A DNA stretch of 64,000 bases from assembly GCA_963729715.1 (NCBI GenBank), contig CAVSPA010000007.1, positions 1 through 64,000 on the forward strand, given 5' to 3'. This document shows positions 9,702-20,251 of this stretch, in pieces (within the stretch, counting starts at the first letter, position 1; every line of letters begins with the position of its first letter). This stretch comes from an uncultured delta proteobacterium (GTDB lineage Bacteria; Desulfobacterota; Syntrophia; Syntrophales; UBA2185). The translations under genes were made by a program, and so were the position numbers. Under the pieces are notes generated by a model. The model was not told where the DNA came from. It made no database searches and saw nothing but the letters and a program-made list of their open reading frames with translations.

Positions 9702-10885
9702 TGTCTTTTAAAAATAACTCTTATGTCACGATGAATGACCCGCTGAAAAAATACCGCATCCAATTCCGGATCTGGAAAAACGATCGCAGACTGAAGCGGG
9801 AAGGCCGCTATTACGAGAGAGCGTTTGCTTTGCGCCATCTCACGATACCCGACGAAGAGACCATCCGGCAGGAGATGAGAAAAAGGTTTTCCCATATCCA
9901 CCCCAAAACCAAGGGAACCCTTAGCATCCTCGCCATATATAGTCACTACAACTGGGAAAACGAATCTTTAAAACCGTCGTTAGAAAAATTCGGTCATGTC
10001 CGGCACTATGATTGGGTCGACCAGTTTAATCACGCGAAAAAAAACTGGCATAAAACTCTAAGGCCGGAAATGAACAGATACCTCATGAAACATGTAGAGC
10101 AGTGGGTCACACAGGATACAACCGATGTCATCTTTACCTATCTTTCGGGAGAGCTCGTGTCGCCAGAGACTGTCCGGGCATTGAGGAACTTCGGCGTGCC
10201 CATAGTCAATCTTGCTTTGAACGACAAAGAACATTTTGTGGGTAAAATTAGAAATGGACAGGCGATGGGCTCCAGAGACATCTGCCGTTTTTTTGATATC
10301 TGCTGGACCAGTACCGAAGACGCTGTGAAAAAATATTGCGTGGAGGGAGCCATCCCTATCTATCTTCCCGAAGGGGCAAACCCTGAAATCCATAGACCAT
10401 ATGATACAGAAAAAACTGTCGATGTGTCCTTCGTCGGTCAATGCTATGGAAACCGATCTGAGATCATCAGAAGACTGGAATCTCACGGCATCCATGTTGA
10501 AGCCCGTGGTCTTGGCTGGCCAAACGGCCACCTGGCAACAGAAGACATGGTATGCATGTACTCGAAAAGCAGGATAAACCTAGGCTTCGGAGGCGTTATT
10601 GGCTTCAGTAAGGCATATTGCCTCAAAGGCAGGGATTTTGAAATACCCATGAGCGGAGGACTCTACCTTACCGAATACCATCCTGAGTTGGAGAAATTTT
10701 ATGACCATGGCTCGGAGATTGTCACCTATAGAGATTTTGATGACCTGGTTGAAAAGATCCGCTTTCTCCTGTCAAATCCCGAGAAGGCGGATGAGATCAG
10801 AAGAAAAGGCTACGAGCGGGCACGCCGCGAACATTCCTGGGAAATGCGTTTTGAGAATATATTCCGTCTCCTTGGGCTGATCTAA
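9701..10885 (+). CDS. CgeB-like glycosyltransferase (Glyco_trans_1_2 C-terminal domain)
   Basis: DVSFVGQCYGNR, SRINLGF, KGRDFEIPMSGGLYLTE, REHSWEMR. Confidence 0.85.
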   Translation: MSFKNNSYVTMNDPLKKYRIQFRIWKNDRRLKREGRYYERAFALRHLTIPDEETIRQEMRKRFSHIHPKTKGTLSILAIYSHYNWENESLKPSLEKFGHVRHYDWVDQFNHAKKNWHKTLRPEMNRYLMKHVEQWVTQDTTDVIFTYLSGELVSPETVRALRNFGVPIVNLALNDKEHFVGKIRNGQAMGSRDICRFFDICWTSTEDAVKKYCVEGAIPIYLPEGANPEIHRPYDTEKTVDVSFVGQCYGNRSEIIRRLESHGIHVEARGLGWPNGHLATEDMVCMYSKSRINLGFGGVIGFSKAYCLKGRDFEIPMSGGLYLTEYHPELEKFYDHGSEIVTYRDFDDLVEKIRFLLSNPEKADEIRRKGYERARREHSWEMRFENIFRLLGLI

Positions 10886-10910
10886 TCACTGAGATGGTGA
10901 TAGAGAAATC

Positions 10911-11855
10911 ATGGAATTAGATAGCAGTCGAATCAAAAAAGGCTTGCAATCGGGCCTTCGCAAAGGACTGAATGGTTTCCTCTGGATCATGAAGATCCTC
11001 ATTCCCGTCTCTCTTTTTACTGCCCTCCTTGCATGGACCGGATGGCTGGGGCACCTGGATTTTCTCCTTCAGCCCATGATGAGCATCCTCAGCCTACCTG
11101 CCATGGCCGCCCTTCCACTCCTGGTCGGCATGCTTACAGGTATCTACGGCGGTATCGCCGCTATGTCCGTGCTGCCGTTTTCTCAAGACCAAATGACTTT
11201 GATGGCTATCTTTCTTCTCATTGCCCATAATCTGATTCAAGAGGGTATTGTCCAGGCAAAATCAAAAATTCATCCCGTTAAAGCCACGCTATTTCGCCTT
11301 GTCGCTGCCACACTCACGGTCATCGCAGTGGCGCCTTTTTTAAATGTCACGACGACTTCATCAGGAAAAACGGGCTTGCCTCTGGAAATGAGTCGGCCCT
11401 TAATTGAGGCATTGCAGGAGTGGGGTTTGACCACACTCAGCCTCAGCATCAAGATATTTGTTATTATCATGTGCATCATCACCTTATTGGAAATCTTAAA
11501 GACATTTGATCTGATCAGTCCCATGGTCAAGGTGCTTAACCCTCTTTTAAAGATTATGGGGCTCAAGCAAAAGGTTGGTTTTCTCTGGCTCACCGCCGTC
11601 ATTTTCGGGATTCTTTACGGCGGTGCCGTGATCGTTGAAGAGGTTAAAGCCGGGCATTTGACTGAAGAAGAACTGGAAGAACTTCACCTTTCCATAGGTA
11701 TCAATCATGCTCTAGTGGAAGACCCAAGCCTGTTTCTGTCGCTCGGCCTCAATCCTTTCTGGCTCTGGGTGCCGCGGATGATCGTTGCCATTCTGGCAGA
11801 GAGAGTGCTCGCTCTCTCGCGTGTTCTCAAGAGAAGAAAATACGCTGCTATTTAA
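10911..11855 (+). CDS. Nucleoside-recognition (Gate) domain membrane protein
   Basis: Two-repeat hydrophobic protein; GIYGGIAA, AHNLIQE, GILYGGAVI, NHALVED. Confidence 0.75.
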   Translation: MELDSSRIKKGLQSGLRKGLNGFLWIMKILIPVSLFTALLAWTGWLGHLDFLLQPMMSILSLPAMAALPLLVGMLTGIYGGIAAMSVLPFSQDQMTLMAIFLLIAHNLIQEGIVQAKSKIHPVKATLFRLVAATLTVIAVAPFLNVTTTSSGKTGLPLEMSRPLIEALQEWGLTTLSLSIKIFVIIMCIITLLEILKTFDLISPMVKVLNPLLKIMGLKQKVGFLWLTAVIFGILYGGAVIVEEVKAGHLTEEELEELHLSIGINHALVEDPSLFLSLGLNPFWLWVPRMIVAILAERVLALSRVLKRRKYAAI

Positions 11856-11888
11856 GAGACTTATTGATGACATTAATGGGGAAACTCT

Positions 11889-12686
11889 ATGGGGGAAATA
11901 ATTTTTCAGATTGACGCATTTACAGATCAACCATTCAGAGGAAATCCGGCCGCTGTCTGCATCCTGACGCGGCATCATGATGACGCGTGGATGCAGGATG
12001 TGGCACGGGAGATGAACCTGTCTGAAACGGCATTTCTGGCAGAAAAGGAGATTGGCTATAATCTACGGTGGTTCACGCCGGCCGTGGAGGTGGAGCTCTG
12101 TGGACATGCCACCCTCGCCAGTGCTCATGCCTTATGGGAAGGAGGGTATAACCATACCAATCAACAGATCCGCTTTTATACGAGAAGCGGATTGCTGACG
12201 GCTGAACAAAATGGCGGTTGGATTGAAATGAATTTTCCTGCTGAGCCGGAGACAAGAGCGCCCGCCCCGACGGATCTCTCCAAGGCGCTGGGAGCCGGCT
12301 TAAAATACGTGGGGAAAAACCGCTTCGACTACATCGTGGAAATCGATTCGGAAGAAACACTCCGCAGGATCGATCCCGACTTTGCACTCCTCAACACAAT
12401 ACCCATGCGCGGTATCATCGTTACGAGTCCGTCGAGTTCTGGGAAATACGATTTTGTCTCCCGGTTCTTCGCACCACAGGTGGGAGTAAACGAGGACCCC
12501 GTCACCGGTTCGGCGCATTGCTGTCTTGCCCCATACTGGGCGGCACGTCTCGGCAGGAATGAGCTAGTCGGCTATCAGGCCTCACCAAGGGGCGGCTTCG
12601 TAAGAGTGCGCGTGGTTCACGACCGTGTTTACCTGGGCGGTCAAGCCGTTACCATATTGCAGGGGAAATTATCTGATTGCTGTTGA
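11889..12686 (+). CDS. PhzF-family isomerase/epimerase
   Basis: DAFTDQPFRGNPAAV, EMNLSETAF, EVELCGHATLA, EDPVTGSAHC. Confidence 0.93.
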   Translation: MGEIIFQIDAFTDQPFRGNPAAVCILTRHHDDAWMQDVAREMNLSETAFLAEKEIGYNLRWFTPAVEVELCGHATLASAHALWEGGYNHTNQQIRFYTRSGLLTAEQNGGWIEMNFPAEPETRAPAPTDLSKALGAGLKYVGKNRFDYIVEIDSEETLRRIDPDFALLNTIPMRGIIVTSPSSSGKYDFVSRFFAPQVGVNEDPVTGSAHCCLAPYWAARLGRNELVGYQASPRGGFVRVRVVHDRVYLGGQAVTILQGKLSDCC

Positions 12687-12746
12687 AGGAATTTGATTAC
12701 CGAGGCTTTTCGCGCCTCGCGAATATCTGCGACGGTTCTTAGAATT

Positions 12747-14228
12747 CTATTCTATCTTCCAGGATGTTCCGGTAGGGGTATCCTTGAGAATAATCTTCTT
12801 TTCCGCCAGGAGATGTCTGATCTCATCGGCCCTCTTCCAGTCCCTGGCCAGCCGGGATGCCCGCCGCTCTTCAATCAAACGGTCTATTTCATGCACATCC
12901 AAGCCACGCTTTCCGGCCTCCCTGTCACGATCCTTCATAAAATAATCATCAGGATCGTCGAGGAATAACCCCAAGACACTGCCGACTTCCGCAATGACCA
13001 TTCTCGCCTTATCCAGAACAAGGCGTGCCTCGGCGGATGCGGCAACTTTTTCATCCGTCATATAGCCGTTGACAAGTCTCACCGTATCGAAGATGTATCC
13101 CACCGCCCTCGGCGTGTTGAAATCATCATCCATAGCCTCTTTGAATCTATCCGGAAGCGAAGCAATTTTGTCGAGTATACCTCTATCCTTTCCGGAAAGT
13201 CTGTCCATGGTAACAGCGGAAAAATCTTCACCGGTCTCAAGCGCGTCCTTGACTGCTTTCAGCGTGGCATAAAACCGTTCCATGCCCATCCTCGCCTCGG
13301 CAAGTGACTCGCCCGAAAAGTCAACAGGCCCCTTGTAATGGCTCTGAAGCATAAAAAGTCTCACGACCTCCGGATGGTAATTCTTCAATATATCTTTAAT
13401 GGTGAAAAAATTGCCGAGTGACTTCGACATCTTCTCGCTGCTGACCTTTACAAAGCCGTTATGGATCCAAAATCTGGCGAGCGGTTTGCCGGTCGCCCCT
13501 TCCGACTGGGCAATCTCATTTTCGTGATGGGGAAATATCAAATCCTCTCCGCCGCCATGGATATCGAATGTATCTCCGAGAAACTCCTGGCTCATAATTG
13601 AACACTCGATATGCCACCCCGGTCTCCCCCTGCCCCAGGGACTCTCCCACCATGGCTCCCCTTCTTTGCTCGCTTTCCACAGGGCAAAGTCGAGGGGATA
13701 CCTTTTTTTCTCATTTACATCCACGCGGGCACCGGCCACCATTTCCTCCAGATTTCTGCCCGAAAGTTTCCCGTATCCTTTAAATTTCTCAACCGCATAA
13801 TAGATATCACCGTTGGCTTCATAGGCGAGGTCTTTGGCAAGGAGGATATTGATCAGCTTTATCATACCGGCGATGTGCTCCGTGGCCCTCGGTGCCACTG
13901 TGGGTCTCGCTATCCCGAGCGCATCCATGTCTTCGTCATGCTCTCTGATATACCTCTCCGATATTTCAGATATTGTCTTGCCCTCCGCATTGGCCTTCGT
14001 GATGATTTTATCATCCACGTCCGTAAAGTTCTTCACGTACGTGACATGATATCCCCTATACCGAAGATACCTTGTGATGACATCGAAAACTACTGCCGAA
14101 CGGGCATGGCCTACATGGCAGACATCATAAGCGGTGATGCCGCACACATACATGCTTACCTGTCCTTCAATAAGGGGGTCGAACGTCTCTTTCTTCTTTG
14201 AGAGGGTGTTGTATATTTTTATGGACAT
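12747..14228 (-). CDS. cysS: Cysteine--tRNA ligase (canonical)
   Basis: CGIT, HVGH, GRPGWHIECS, DIHGGGEDLIFPHHENEIAQS, KMSKS; all four Zn ligands intact. Confidence 0.98.
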   Translation of the reverse strand: MSIKIYNTLSKKKETFDPLIEGQVSMYVCGITAYDVCHVGHARSAVVFDVITRYLRYRGYHVTYVKNFTDVDDKIITKANAEGKTISEISERYIREHDEDMDALGIARPTVAPRATEHIAGMIKLINILLAKDLAYEANGDIYYAVEKFKGYGKLSGRNLEEMVAGARVDVNEKKRYPLDFALWKASKEGEPWWESPWGRGRPGWHIECSIMSQEFLGDTFDIHGGGEDLIFPHHENEIAQSEGATGKPLARFWIHNGFVKVSSEKMSKSLGNFFTIKDILKNYHPEVVRLFMLQSHYKGPVDFSGESLAEARMGMERFYATLKAVKDALETGEDFSAVTMDRLSGKDRGILDKIASLPDRFKEAMDDDFNTPRAVGYIFDTVRLVNGYMTDEKVAASAEARLVLDKARMVIAEVGSVLGLFLDDPDDYFMKDRDREAGKRGLDVHEIDRLIEERRASRLARDWKRADEIRHLLAEKKIILKDTPTGTSWKIE

Positions 14229-14335
14229 CTATCTCTCTTGCACACTTGGCCTTTGAAAAATTGAGCGTACCATTTCCAGGATAAGCCGCAGCCATGATTA
14301 GCCACGGGAAGTCGCAACTACAGAGGAGATATTCT

Positions 14336-15373
14336 TTATGGAAACAAGGATATCATCGTGAGTCCCGTATCTTCGCTGAGACCGCACATGAGATTCATAT
14401 TTTGTACAGCCTGGCCGGCCGCGCCTTTGACAAGATTGTCGATGGCGCATATGATGATAACCCTTCTTGTTCTGGCATCAACACAGAGCCCTATGTCACA
14501 GTAATTGGAACCCCGGACCGAAGAAATGTTGGGAAGCGCACCTGCCTTGTATACTCTGACAAACTTTTTTCCCTTATAAAATGCCCGGTAGAGATCAATC
14601 AGCTCAGCCGTTGCGGATTCCTTCTGAAGCGTCGCATATATCGTGCTGAGGATTCCCCGGGTTATGGGAAGGAGGTGGGGCGTAAACGAAATCATCACAT
14701 CGCAACCGGCGAGAATACTGATCTCCTGTTCCATCTCCGGTGTATGCCTATGCTGGCCAACTTTGTAAGCCTTAAATCCTTCGTCAACCTCGCAGAAGAG
14801 CGTCCCGACCTGGGGCTCTCTTCCCGCACCGCTCACGCCGGATTTTGAATCAGCTATAATAGAGCAATCATCGATCACTTTTGCCTTCACCAGCGGGGCA
14901 AGGCCAAGAATCACACTGGTTGGATAACAGCCGGGATTGGCAACCAACCTTGCCTTGGCAATTTCGTTTCCGTATAGTTCCGGTATTCCGTAAACTGATT
15001 CTTTTATAATATTCCGGGCCGTGTGCTTGCTATACCATTTTTCGTAGGTGGCAACATCGTGCAGACGAAAATCCGCGCTGAGATCGATCACCTTCTTCCC
15101 GGCCTTCAAGAAAAGCGGGGCCACAGTCATGGAAACCCCATGGGGCAGGGCCAAAAAAACGATATCCGCCGCGCCCGCTATATCCTCCGGAGACGCGTCA
15201 ACAAATGCCAAATCGGTCAAGCCGACAAATACAGGGTAGATATCAGAAACCGGGATCCCTGCATATCTCCGCGATGTCACCGCCACAACTTCGGCCTGCG
15301 GATGCCTGAGCAGAAGCCTGAGAAGTTCCTGGCCGGTGTATCCACTCGCTCCGTATATACCTACTTTAAGCAT
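14336..15373 (-). CDS. argC: N-acetyl-gamma-glutamyl-phosphate reductase
   Basis: [43 protein letters not shown]. Confidence 0.98.
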   Translation of the reverse strand: MLKVGIYGASGYTGQELLRLLLRHPQAEVVAVTSRRYAGIPVSDIYPVFVGLTDLAFVDASPEDIAGAADIVFLALPHGVSMTVAPLFLKAGKKVIDLSADFRLHDVATYEKWYSKHTARNIIKESVYGIPELYGNEIAKARLVANPGCYPTSVILGLAPLVKAKVIDDCSIIADSKSGVSGAGREPQVGTLFCEVDEGFKAYKVGQHRHTPEMEQEISILAGCDVMISFTPHLLPITRGILSTIYATLQKESATAELIDLYRAFYKGKKFVRVYKAGALPNISSVRGSNYCDIGLCVDARTRRVIIICAIDNLVKGAAGQAVQNMNLMCGLSEDTGLTMISLFP

Positions 15374-15524
15374 ACATATTACCTATTGTTTATTTGCGAA
15401 AAAAGACCCTTTACAAGTTTGCGCAAGAGTTATTGTGGATGTGACAGACTGTGCAATCTCAGGATATCCAAATAACTCATGAGCTTTCTTCCATCGGTCG
15501 ACATGAGGGTCTTATGTTTCATCC

Positions 15525-15552
15525 AAAAAAAAGGAGGCCGAGAAGCCTCCTT
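15525..15552 (-). terminator. Rho-independent terminator after rpsI
   Basis: Minus strand AAGGAGGC-TTCTCG-GCCTCCTT followed by a T-run. Confidence 0.85.
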
Positions 15553-15560
15553 CCGTAATA

Positions 15561-15950
15561 CTATCTCTTTGAAAATTGGAAGTGCTTCCTCGCACCCGGC
15601 TGGCCGTACTTTTTCCTTTCCTTTATGCGTGAATCCCTTGTTATGAAACCAGCTTTCTTGAGTACTGAGCGCCATTCCGCATCATATTCAACGAGCGCCT
15701 TGGTTATACCATGCTTTATAGCCCCTGCCTGCCCAGCTACGCCGCCGCCTGATACGTTAACAAAAAAATCAAACTTATTTCGCGCCCCGACGATTTCGAG
15801 CGGCTGCATGATGATCATTTTGAGGCTATCCCGCGTAAAATAATCATCAAAATTCCTTTTGTTCACAACAAGGTTTCCGCTGCCTTCCTTCATATAGACC
15901 CTGGCGATGGCGTACTTCCTTTTCCCTGTGGCATAAAAACGTTTTTCCAT
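15561..15950 (-). CDS. rpsI: 30S ribosomal protein S9
   Basis: [21 protein letters not shown]...QFSKR. Confidence 0.99.
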   Translation of the reverse strand: MEKRFYATGKRKYAIARVYMKEGSGNLVVNKRNFDDYFTRDSLKMIIMQPLEIVGARNKFDFFVNVSGGGVAGQAGAIKHGITKALVEYDAEWRSVLKKAGFITRDSRIKERKKYGQPGARKHFQFSKR

Positions 15951-16031
15951 TATTTAATATCTCCCGATAATAATCGTGCTTTGCGAAATCCGGCAAGTAT
16001 CAGACGATACCAACCAATCAAACCAAAATGC

Positions 16032-16460
16032 TTACAACTTGATTACCTGAGGGCACTGGGCCTCGTGAGGGTGATCATTATTTACATAGACTTTAAGTTT
16101 TTTCAACATCTTCCTGCCTAAAGAATTCTTCGGCAGCATGCCTCTGACCGCATAGATCAGGACTTTTTCCGGACTATCCTTCAACAATTTGCCTGCATAC
16201 GTTTTTTTGATACCACCCGGGTAACCGGAATAGTGATAGTATACCTTGTCGGAGAGTTTCTTGCCGGAGAGAGAAACCTTGCCTGCATTGACAACGATCA
16301 CAAAATCACCTGCATCCATATATGGTGTATAAACGGGTTTATGTTTGCCCCTGAGACGTCTTGCAACCTCACTGGCGAGTCTGCCGAGAATATGTCCTTC
16401 TGCATCAATGACATACCAGTTTCTGACGATGTCCTCTTTTTTCGCGTTATAAGTCTTCAT
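16032..16460 (-). CDS. rplM: 50S ribosomal protein L13
   Basis: LGRLAS...LRGKHKPVYTP, AVRGMLPKN. Confidence 0.99.
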   Translation of the reverse strand: MKTYNAKKEDIVRNWYVIDAEGHILGRLASEVARRLRGKHKPVYTPYMDAGDFVIVVNAGKVSLSGKKLSDKVYYHYSGYPGGIKKTYAGKLLKDSPEKVLIYAVRGMLPKNSLGRKMLKKLKVYVNNDHPHEAQCPQVIKL

Positions 16461-16493
16461 AGATCCACCTACTTGCCGAAAATGTAAATAAGG

Positions 16494-16522
16494 AAGTTAC
16501 GAAATTTTCGGATATTTGTCAA
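16494..16522 (-). promoter_or_regulatory. Sigma70 promoter of rplM-rpsI
   Basis: TTGACA-17 nt-TAACTT on the minus strand, 33 nt upstream of the rplM ATG. Confidence 0.75.
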
Positions 16523-16549
16523 GAAAAAACCTTAGGCAGATTGACTATT

Positions 16550-18811
16550 CTATTTTCCGCCAAATTTACCGAGACCAAGAAGAGAAAAACCCACCATAAA
16601 CGTCTTATCATTCTCAGTCTCAGAGATGTATACCTCCGCACTCCAGCACTGCTTGCGATACTTGAGGCCAAATGTCCTTTCCAGTAATATGCCATCCAGT
16701 TCATCCGTTCTCTGTATATAGATAAGATCGATAGAACTCGTTAGCACGGCCTTAAGGGAAATGTCGATTTCCTCCTGCGCAGACAGGCTGTACTGGAAGG
16801 CCGCAAATGGCGTTGTTGCCATACCAGGGTCGACCGCGCTGCTAACAGTCTTGGCACTTCGATATCCCACCGTGGCCGAATCTCCGCGCCAATCGCTTAT
16901 GTTCACATCATAATTAGTCTGAAGCCATTCGCCTGAAGTCACACTGTACCTATTGCGAGCCACAAGTGAAAAATACTTAAGGGGTTTGATGTCAAGTTCC
17001 ATATCAATTTCACTAAATGGCCTGCTTGGCTCTGTGAAATCATAGGTCTGGGCCAACTTGAAGCGCAGAAACTCAACGTAGCTTTTGCCGCCGTCCTTTT
17101 CGTTCAATTTTGCCAAAAGTGAGTTAGTTAAGGAGTATGTTAATGTGTTCTGTTCAGGTATGGCAGCGACGAAGTCGGGAAGATCAGTCTGAGTTGCACC
17201 GGGAATATAGGTATACGTGAATTCGGGCCTGATGCCATGCCGTATTTTGTCGATACCTTCGCCGTCTACATCGAATATCCTGTGGATTTCCGTAGTGGCC
17301 GTTGCTCCTACGGTGTACAATCCGCGGGAGCCCTGTTTGCTTTGGCCTGTGTCAACATTGTCATCCCGGCTCCATGCTGTGCTCTTAACACCTATCTGCG
17401 GCGTAAACTGGAGAAAGTCACGCCAGCGCACGGGCAGGGTTAGGGCCGGTTGCAGGTCGAAAAGATGTCCCTTTTGCCCTTCGTTTCTGTAATCATAATC
17501 GTAAGCTGCATCGAACTGAAAATTAACAGGAGAGCCAAAAATAGGACGCTTTACTCCCGAAAGGGTGATTGCGGGATAATTCTGCAAAGTTGCGTCATTC
17601 GAGGCGCTCGTGAAATCATCGGTATAGCTGACAAGTGCTGTCAAATTGTACAATTGCCAGTTTTTGTTCAGACGGACTGTCGAATTTAGCGAGCCAAGGG
17701 ATTCGTCGCCGTAAAACTGAACTTTCTTGAATTTGTCGGCTTCGGTTGACGAATAATTATCAAGGTAATAGTTATGCGAGGAAAAATCTTTGAAGTAAAA
17801 GCTGTCTGAAACCTTGTGTATATCTGTTCTGAGGGTAAATGTAGGATCTAAAGTAGTCTGGTGATTCAGAAAGTATGACCATCTCTTGTGGTCGGACTGC
17901 CAGTCTCTGGGTATCCCTCCGTCTGTTGCACCTGTTTCAGTAATGCGTGAAGTGTCATTCATGAAGTCGCCGTAAAAGGTGCCAAATGTATCTTTGCTGA
18001 TGTAGTATCTGAATTCGACACCTTCTTTAAACCCCTTCTGATCCATATACCTCTGATAGAATGTCGCATCTGTATCTTCTGATATCGCCCAGTAATAGGG
18101 GATTTCGACATCCCAGCCTAACCTATCCGCCGAATAGCCCATATAAGGAGAAAGGAAACCTGACTGCCGTTCCGTTTTTGCAGGAAACAGTAGGTATGGA
18201 GTGTAGAGAACTGGGACGTTACTCGCCAGAAACTTGCTATCCTTCATGATTCCGTACCCACCAATGGTCACATCAAGCTCTCTTCCCGTCAAGCGCCAGT
18301 CCGGAGAATCTCCATCGCATGTAGTCGCCGTGGCATTTTCAAAATGGTATGAGGCTTCCCCTGTTTTCTCAATTATTGGACCTTTTATGTAGAAATGATT
18401 AGCGGCAAAAAACATTTTACCTTGGTGGGCAACACCAGTCTTTGATTCAATGTTAAAGTCTACGGTGTCTCCCTCGAGAACATCTTCGCCGCTTATAAGC
18501 ATCACATAGCCTTCCGCATTCGCCTCGTTCGTTGCCCTGTTGAGGACTACCGACTCGGCCAAGAGTATGCCCCCGGAAAAAACAATTAGAACATTGCCCT
18601 TTGCATGATAGGTATCTTTCTCCTTATCATATGCAACACTATCCGCCTCCAGTGTTATGGGTCCCTTGGAGATATCAGTCTCAGCAGCGGTTGATTTATA
18701 GGCAGGATTGAAACAAATAAAAATGATCAGACAAATAAAGGAGCATCGCCATCTCGCCCTCCGCAAAACAATCACTTGACCATCCCGCCTTAAGACTATT
18801 TTTGTAAACAA
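16550..18811 (-). CDS. lptD: LPS-assembly outer-membrane protein LptD; start uncertain
   Basis: Signal peptide, OstA-like domain (LEADSVAYD, TTCD..PDW), KTERQSGFL, PYYWAI, C-terminal QCW...FSLLGLG. Confidence 0.9.
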   Translation of the reverse strand: MFTKIVLRRDGQVIVLRRARWRCSFICLIIFICFNPAYKSTAAETDISKGPITLEADSVAYDKEKDTYHAKGNVLIVFSGGILLAESVVLNRATNEANAEGYVMLISGEDVLEGDTVDFNIESKTGVAHQGKMFFAANHFYIKGPIIEKTGEASYHFENATATTCDGDSPDWRLTGRELDVTIGGYGIMKDSKFLASNVPVLYTPYLLFPAKTERQSGFLSPYMGYSADRLGWDVEIPYYWAISEDTDATFYQRYMDQKGFKEGVEFRYYISKDTFGTFYGDFMNDTSRITETGATDGGIPRDWQSDHKRWSYFLNHQTTLDPTFTLRTDIHKVSDSFYFKDFSSHNYYLDNYSSTEADKFKKVQFYGDESLGSLNSTVRLNKNWQLYNLTALVSYTDDFTSASNDATLQNYPAITLSGVKRPIFGSPVNFQFDAAYDYDYRNEGQKGHLFDLQPALTLPVRWRDFLQFTPQIGVKSTAWSRDDNVDTGQSKQGSRGLYTVGATATTEIHRIFDVDGEGIDKIRHGIRPEFTYTYIPGATQTDLPDFVAAIPEQNTLTYSLTNSLLAKLNEKDGGKSYVEFLRFKLAQTYDFTEPSRPFSEIDMELDIKPLKYFSLVARNRYSVTSGEWLQTNYDVNISDWRGDSATVGYRSAKTVSSAVDPGMATTPFAAFQYSLSAQEEIDISLKAVLTSSIDLIYIQRTDELDGILLERTFGLKYRKQCWSAEVYISETENDKTFMVGFSLLGLGKFGGK

Positions 18812-18816
18812 TTACA

Positions 18817-20073
18817 TTACGAAAGTGCTGTAGAGAATGCCTTTTTAATTTCACCGACAAGATAAAGAGAACCGGTTACACAGATAAGATCATCCTTATT
18901 GGCTACTGATAATGCCCTTTTCAGGGCATCATGGGAGTTATGCACGATCTCGATTCGTCTTACGTATTTGCATGCCACCGGCAACAATGCCTCGGGAGGC
19001 ATTGCCCTTTCAACATCCGGACTCGTTAGGATCAGGCGATCCCCCAGTGGCAGCAGCTTTTTGAGCATAGTATCGTAGTCCTTGTCCTTAAGAACACCAA
19101 AGACGAATATCAACTTCTTGAAGCAAAATTCCTCCTTCAGTGCTTGGCAAAGGGCGGACGCGCCACCCGCATTGTGGGCGCCATCCAGAAGAACAGTTGG
19201 AGAATACCGGATGACTTCCAGTCTTCCTTCCCATTTAACGTCATGAATTCCTTTTAAAACGGCATCGTCATCGACACGGAACCCCTTCATGGCCAAACAT
19301 TCAATGGCACCGAGGGCCGCAGCAGCATTTACCTTCTGATGTCTCCCTCTCAGAGGACAAACAACTTTATCGTATCTATCTCCAATGCCCCGATAAGAAA
19401 ATGAGCCATCTGGGTGCGTGTAGGTCCTTATTTCCCTTCCCACACGGTACAGCATTGCACCTTTTGTGCGGCAGATTTCTTCCAGAAGCTCCTGCAAGCG
19501 CCGCTGCTTCACCGCAGTTACAAGAACCCCTCCGTCTTTAATTATGCCACCCTTCTCCCAGGCAATCTCTTCGAGGCGCCTGCCGAGGTATTCAGAATGA
19601 TCGATGGAAATATTCGACACCACAGATACGAGAGGTGAAGCCACGTTTGTTGCATCGAGTCTACCCCCCATTCCCACTTCCAGAACGGCCAAATCTACCT
19701 TTCGCGAACGAAAGTAAAGAAAGGCAACGGCGGTGAGAAATTCGAAGTAGGTCAGGTCTTCTTTTGAGTGCGCCTTTACCACTTCTATCCACGCATCCAT
19801 CTCTTTTCGTGATATTATGTCGCCGTCGACTCTTATCCTCTCCCGGACATCTACCAAATGCGGCGATGTATAAAGGCCAACGCAAAAACCGCGGGACATG
19901 ACCGATGCCACCATAGCCGCAATAGAGCCTTTCCCGTTGGTTCCGCCGACCAAAACGGTCCTGTAAGCGTCCTGAGGGTTATTCAGGCGTTCAAGGAATC
20001 GCGATATAGGATCAAGGCTGAAACGGATATCTAACCTTTTTAGTCCATCGAGATGTTCAACAGGTGACTTCAT
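18817..20073 (-). CDS. folC: Folylpolyglutamate synthase/dihydrofolate synthase
   Basis: GTNGKGS, YTSPHL..VRERI, EVGMGGRLDATN, WEGRLE, LDGAHN; start placed at MKSPVEHL. Confidence 0.95.
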   Translation of the reverse strand: MKSPVEHLDGLKRLDIRFSLDPISRFLERLNNPQDAYRTVLVGGTNGKGSIAAMVASVMSRGFCVGLYTSPHLVDVRERIRVDGDIISRKEMDAWIEVVKAHSKEDLTYFEFLTAVAFLYFRSRKVDLAVLEVGMGGRLDATNVASPLVSVVSNISIDHSEYLGRRLEEIAWEKGGIIKDGGVLVTAVKQRRLQELLEEICRTKGAMLYRVGREIRTYTHPDGSFSYRGIGDRYDKVVCPLRGRHQKVNAAAALGAIECLAMKGFRVDDDAVLKGIHDVKWEGRLEVIRYSPTVLLDGAHNAGGASALCQALKEEFCFKKLIFVFGVLKDKDYDTMLKKLLPLGDRLILTSPDVERAMPPEALLPVACKYVRRIEIVHNSHDALKRALSVANKDDLICVTGSLYLVGEIKKAFSTALS

Positions 20074-20092
20074 TTGATTCAATGAACCCCGG

Positions 20093-20164
20093 TCTCTTTC
20101 AAGGCTCAGCCGAGGAAAAAGATGTAGCTGAATTGACCCTGAGCGGGTAGTGCGCATCGAAGGG
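20093..20164. repeat. Degenerate REP-like inverted pair
   Basis: CTCTTTCAAGGCTCAG ... CCCTGAGCGGGTAG..TCGAAGGG resembles CCCTTCGAC..GCTCAGG-type palindromic units. Confidence 0.35.
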
Positions 20165-20251
20165 TATTCTGTTCTGTTTCCTGCGGCCTGATGAGAAAGG
20201 CGTGTTCAAAACTAGCCCCGGGATGTTTTTTAAGTAACCTAATCAAGAAAG

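Noticed and set aside
9308..9946. 212-aa minus-strand ORF
   Set aside because: Lies antisense across two coupled glycosyltransferase genes and shows no family features.
20074..20157. N-terminal extension of folC
   Set aside because: Overlaps a REP-like relic; FolC similarity begins at MKSPVEHL.
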